NCBI GenBank assembly: GCA_041666045.1
Contig: JBAYHR010000003.1
Coordinates: 2,208 to 66,207 of the forward strand
DNA: 64,000 bases
Direction: 5' to 3'
From: Minisyncoccota bacterium
Lineage (GTDB): Bacteria > Patescibacteriota > Minisyncoccia > Phycocordibacterales > UBA9973
Below, piece after piece: positions 61,061 to 64,000 of the stretch (positions are counted from its first letter, which is position 1; each line of letters starts with the position of its first letter). The translations under genes and the position numbers were made by a program. The notes under the pieces were generated by a model. That model did no database searches and was not told the origin of the DNA. It saw only the letters and a list, made by a program, of their open reading frames with translations.

Positions 61061-62269
61061 ATGAAAAAATTTAAAAAATATTTAGTTTTTGCTTCTGTTT
61101 TTGCATTTATATTTAGTTTATCAGGTTCAGTTATACATGCTGCAGGTCCAGCAATAGTAGATCTTGGGTCAGCAGGTGATTTTGTTATTTTAGCAAAAAC
61201 AGGAATTTCAACAACTGGAACTACTTCAGTCGTTGGAGATATTGGAGTTAGTCCAGCCGAGGCAACTTATATCACTGGATTTGATTTAATTCTTCCTGCA
61301 ACGAGTGCATTTTCTACGTCTGCTTTAGTGACTGGAAAAGTATATGCCCCTAGTTATGCAGTTCCAACTCCAACTAAAATGACTACAGCTGTAAGTGATA
61401 TGGAAACTGCTTATACTGATGGTATGGGTAAAACAAATCCAACTGCAACTGAATTGGGTGCTGGAAATATTGGTGGAATGACACTTGCTCCAGGATTATA
61501 TAAATGGAGTACTGGTGTGACAATACCAACAGACGTTACTCTTTCAGGTGGATCTAATGATGTTTGGATTTTTCAAATAGCACAAAATCTTGATATTAGT
61601 TCAGGTAAAAAAATTATTCTTAGTGGAGGAAATGCTAGTAATGTTTTCTGGATTGTAGCTGGACAAACAACTATCGGTACAACTGCAGTATTTAATGGAA
61701 ATATATTAGATCAAACAGCAATTGTGTTAAATACTGGCGCAACATTAAACGGTAGAGCTTTAGCTCAGACGGCAGTTATATTAGATGCAAATACTGTTAC
61801 AGTTTCTTCTGGTGGGGTACAAGGATGTGCTAAAGATTTGCATATTTGTTCTGATGGAACTACAGTTTCACGTTCAGGATCTGATTGTGCTTTTGATGCT
61901 TGTCCTGTAGTTGAGACTTCAAATAATTCTTCTTCAAATAATAATTCAGAAAATTCTAATTCATCAGCAAATACAAATAATGCTAGTGCTTCTAATACTT
62001 TATCTAATCCATCTCTTTTTGGACAAACAATTAGTGCAATTGCCGGTAGTTTAAGAAAGGGTAGTATGGGAAATTTTGTAAAAACTTTACAACAATTTTT
62101 AATGTCACAAGATATACAGAATCAAGCTCTTAAAAGATATGGAGCTGATGGACAATTTGGTCCTGTTACTAAATCTGCTTTAGTAAAATGGCAATTAGCT
62201 CACAATTTAACTGGTGATGGAATTCTTGGTCCAAAAACAAAAGCTAAGATAAAAGATCTTGGTTTGTAA
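61061..62269 (+). CDS. Secreted DUF3494 ice-binding-type protein with Cys motif and peptidoglycan-binding domain
   Basis: VDLGSAGDFVILAKTGIS, GDIGVSP, TLAPGLYKW, VWIFQI, NVFW.VAG, GRALAQTAV; C-terminal DG.FGP.T. Confidence 0.9.
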   Translation: MKKFKKYLVFASVFAFIFSLSGSVIHAAGPAIVDLGSAGDFVILAKTGISTTGTTSVVGDIGVSPAEATYITGFDLILPATSAFSTSALVTGKVYAPSYAVPTPTKMTTAVSDMETAYTDGMGKTNPTATELGAGNIGGMTLAPGLYKWSTGVTIPTDVTLSGGSNDVWIFQIAQNLDISSGKKIILSGGNASNVFWIVAGQTTIGTTAVFNGNILDQTAIVLNTGATLNGRALAQTAVILDANTVTVSSGGVQGCAKDLHICSDGTTVSRSGSDCAFDACPVVETSNNSSSNNNSENSNSSANTNNASASNTLSNPSLFGQTISAIAGSLRKGSMGNFVKTLQQFLMSQDIQNQALKRYGADGQFGPVTKSALVKWQLAHNLTGDGILGPKTKAKIKDLGL

Positions 62270-62295
62270 ATTATTATTAGTTAATTATTAATTTA

Positions 62296-62331
62296 ATCCC
62301 AGTAGTAGAGCAAAGCTCACTACGGGACAAG
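62296..62331 (+). mobile_element. CTACGGGACAAG-family hairpin between the two DUF3494 genes
   Basis: ATCCCAGTAGTAGAGC-AAA-GCTCACTACGGGACAAG. Confidence 0.7.
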
Positions 62332-62342
62332 TAAAAAAATAT

Positions 62343-63965
62343 ATGAAAATATTTAAGTTTAATAAGATTTTAATTATTGTTTTAGTTTTTGGGTTTACCC
62401 TTGGTTTAGTTGGATTAGTGGCAGTTAAAGCTGCGACTACAATAGATCTAGGCACAGCAGGTGATTTCTCAGTTTTAGCTGGTTCAGGTATTACTGATAC
62501 TGCTCCTTCTAATATTATTAGTGGAGATGTTGGATTAAGTCCAACAACTGGTGCAGCTATTGGGATACCCTCAACAGAGGTAAACGGAGTTATATATTCT
62601 GTTGATGGAGCTGGTACAGGTGATATAATGGATGCTAGTCGTTTAACTACAGCTAAGGGTGATTTAGTTACTGCTTATAATGCTGCTGCTACTGCGGGTT
62701 CAGCTACTACTATTACTGCCAGTTCAACTGACTCTTTTGGTTCTGGCACCATAACTAATGGCAACTCTTTGACACCAGGTGTATATAATTCTGGTTCTAC
62801 AATTGGTATTACGGGAACATTAGTACTTGATGGTGGTGGTGATGCAAACGCAGTTTTTATCTTTCAGGCTGGATCTTCACTTACTACAGCAACAGATAGT
62901 GTTGTTAGTCTTATAAATGGTACTCAGGCTTGTAATGTTTTTTGGCAAGTTGGTAGTGATGCAACACTTGGAACAAATTCTGAATTTTATGGAACCATAA
63001 TGGCTATCTCTTCAATTACAGATGATGGTGATTCAACAATTGAGGGAAGATTATTAGCTGATGCTAATGATAATACCACTGGTGCAGTTACATTAAACAA
63101 TACAACAATTACTGAATCTGTATGTGCTGTTGTTCCTGCTTCAGGAAGAACTCGTTTTATTGCGCAACTTCCACCTCCACTTATCAATGTTACAAAAATA
63201 CCAAATCCATTAGCTTTACCTTTAGGACCAGGATCTGTTACTTATAATTACATAGCAACAAATATAGGTGAAATTGCAATGAGTGATGTATGGGTTAGAG
63301 ATGATAAGTGTAGCTCTGTACAATTTATTTCTGGTGATGATAATAATAATTCTTTGCTTGATATAAATGAAGGATGGAAATATAGCTGTACTAAAACAGT
63401 TTCTGAAACTGAAACAAATACAGTTACTGCTCATGGTGCAACAACTAATGGTGAAGTATGGGATACTGCAAATGCAACTGTTGTTGTTGGTATACCAGTA
63501 ATTCCACCATTAATTCATTTAGTAAAAAAACCAAACATATCTTTACTTCCAGCTGGTGGTGGAGCCGTTACATATAACTATACAGTAACTAATCCTGGTA
63601 CAGTTCCATTAAACAATGTTAGTATCACTGATAATAAATGTACTGGTTTACCAGGTCGTGTTTTATCACATCCAGGAGATTTAAATAAAAATAATCTACT
63701 TGAAAGTAATGAAACATGGAGTTTCACTTGCCAAACTAATATTATACAAACAACAACAAATATCGGTACAGCTGAAGGTCATGCTAATGGTTTAACCGCG
63801 ATAGATTTCTCACCTGCTACTGTTGTTGTGGCACCAGTAGTTCCAAAACTTCCTAAAACAGGCTTTGGTTCTGAGAATAATATTTCTTGGAATATTATAA
63901 TACCAGCAGGTATTATGGGAATTTTAATTTCTTTTTATCTTGCTCGAAAAAAACAAACAAATTAA
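62343..63965 (+). CDS. DUF3494 ice-binding-type protein with two Ig-like repeats and LPxTG anchor
   Basis: DLGTAGDFSVLAGS, LTPGVY, VFIFQ, NVFWQVGS; two VTYNY..TN.G..DDKC repeats; LPKTG + TM helix + RKK. Confidence 0.9.
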   Translation: MKIFKFNKILIIVLVFGFTLGLVGLVAVKAATTIDLGTAGDFSVLAGSGITDTAPSNIISGDVGLSPTTGAAIGIPSTEVNGVIYSVDGAGTGDIMDASRLTTAKGDLVTAYNAAATAGSATTITASSTDSFGSGTITNGNSLTPGVYNSGSTIGITGTLVLDGGGDANAVFIFQAGSSLTTATDSVVSLINGTQACNVFWQVGSDATLGTNSEFYGTIMAISSITDDGDSTIEGRLLADANDNTTGAVTLNNTTITESVCAVVPASGRTRFIAQLPPPLINVTKIPNPLALPLGPGSVTYNYIATNIGEIAMSDVWVRDDKCSSVQFISGDDNNNSLLDINEGWKYSCTKTVSETETNTVTAHGATTNGEVWDTANATVVVGIPVIPPLIHLVKKPNISLLPAGGGAVTYNYTVTNPGTVPLNNVSITDNKCTGLPGRVLSHPGDLNKNNLLESNETWSFTCQTNIIQTTTNIGTAEGHANGLTAIDFSPATVVVAPVVPKLPKTGFGSENNISWNIIIPAGIMGILISFYLARKKQTN

Positions 63966-64000
63966 TTTAGTTGTTTAAAATAACTAGTAAATAATAACCA

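Overview
AT-rich chromosomal segment of a Patescibacteria (CPR) bacterium, Parcubacteria-like and possibly Nomurabacteria (taxonomy inferred from gene content and style). It carries an ECF sigma/anti-sigma pair, comF, a full type IV pilus locus, housekeeping genes (ligA, PheRS, gyrB, thrS, rpmF, nusB, rnc, smc, rnr, rpsP, khpA, trmD, rpoB, rpoC, dnaG, rpoD), tRNA-Ser(GGA), a Fic/Doc toxin-antitoxin pair and surface proteins including two DUF3494 ice-binding-type proteins. The main unusual signals are: (1) several families of GC-rich palindromic mini-elements inserted in frame in conserved genes (ligA x2, trmD x2, gyrB, DUF2779), with related copies supplying the ATG of rpoD and of an ECF S-component; (2) an orphan DGR-type target gene with a strongly adenine-depleted 3' region, in an integrase-free cassette flanked by direct repeats at tRNA-Ser, plus a second cassette flanked by a 37-bp duplication of the thrS 3' end; (3) a hinge-less Smc with a Rad50-like CPVCG zinc hook; (4) a single-chain mitochondrial-type PheRS; (5) a (GA)n frame switch in a large surface protein; (6) a NusB-Nudix fusion and boxA-like motifs in ORFan leaders; (7) apparently widespread leaderless genes. 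No CRISPR array, rRNA, integrase, transposase or reverse transcriptase was seen. All family calls come from motif recognition by eye, not database searches.
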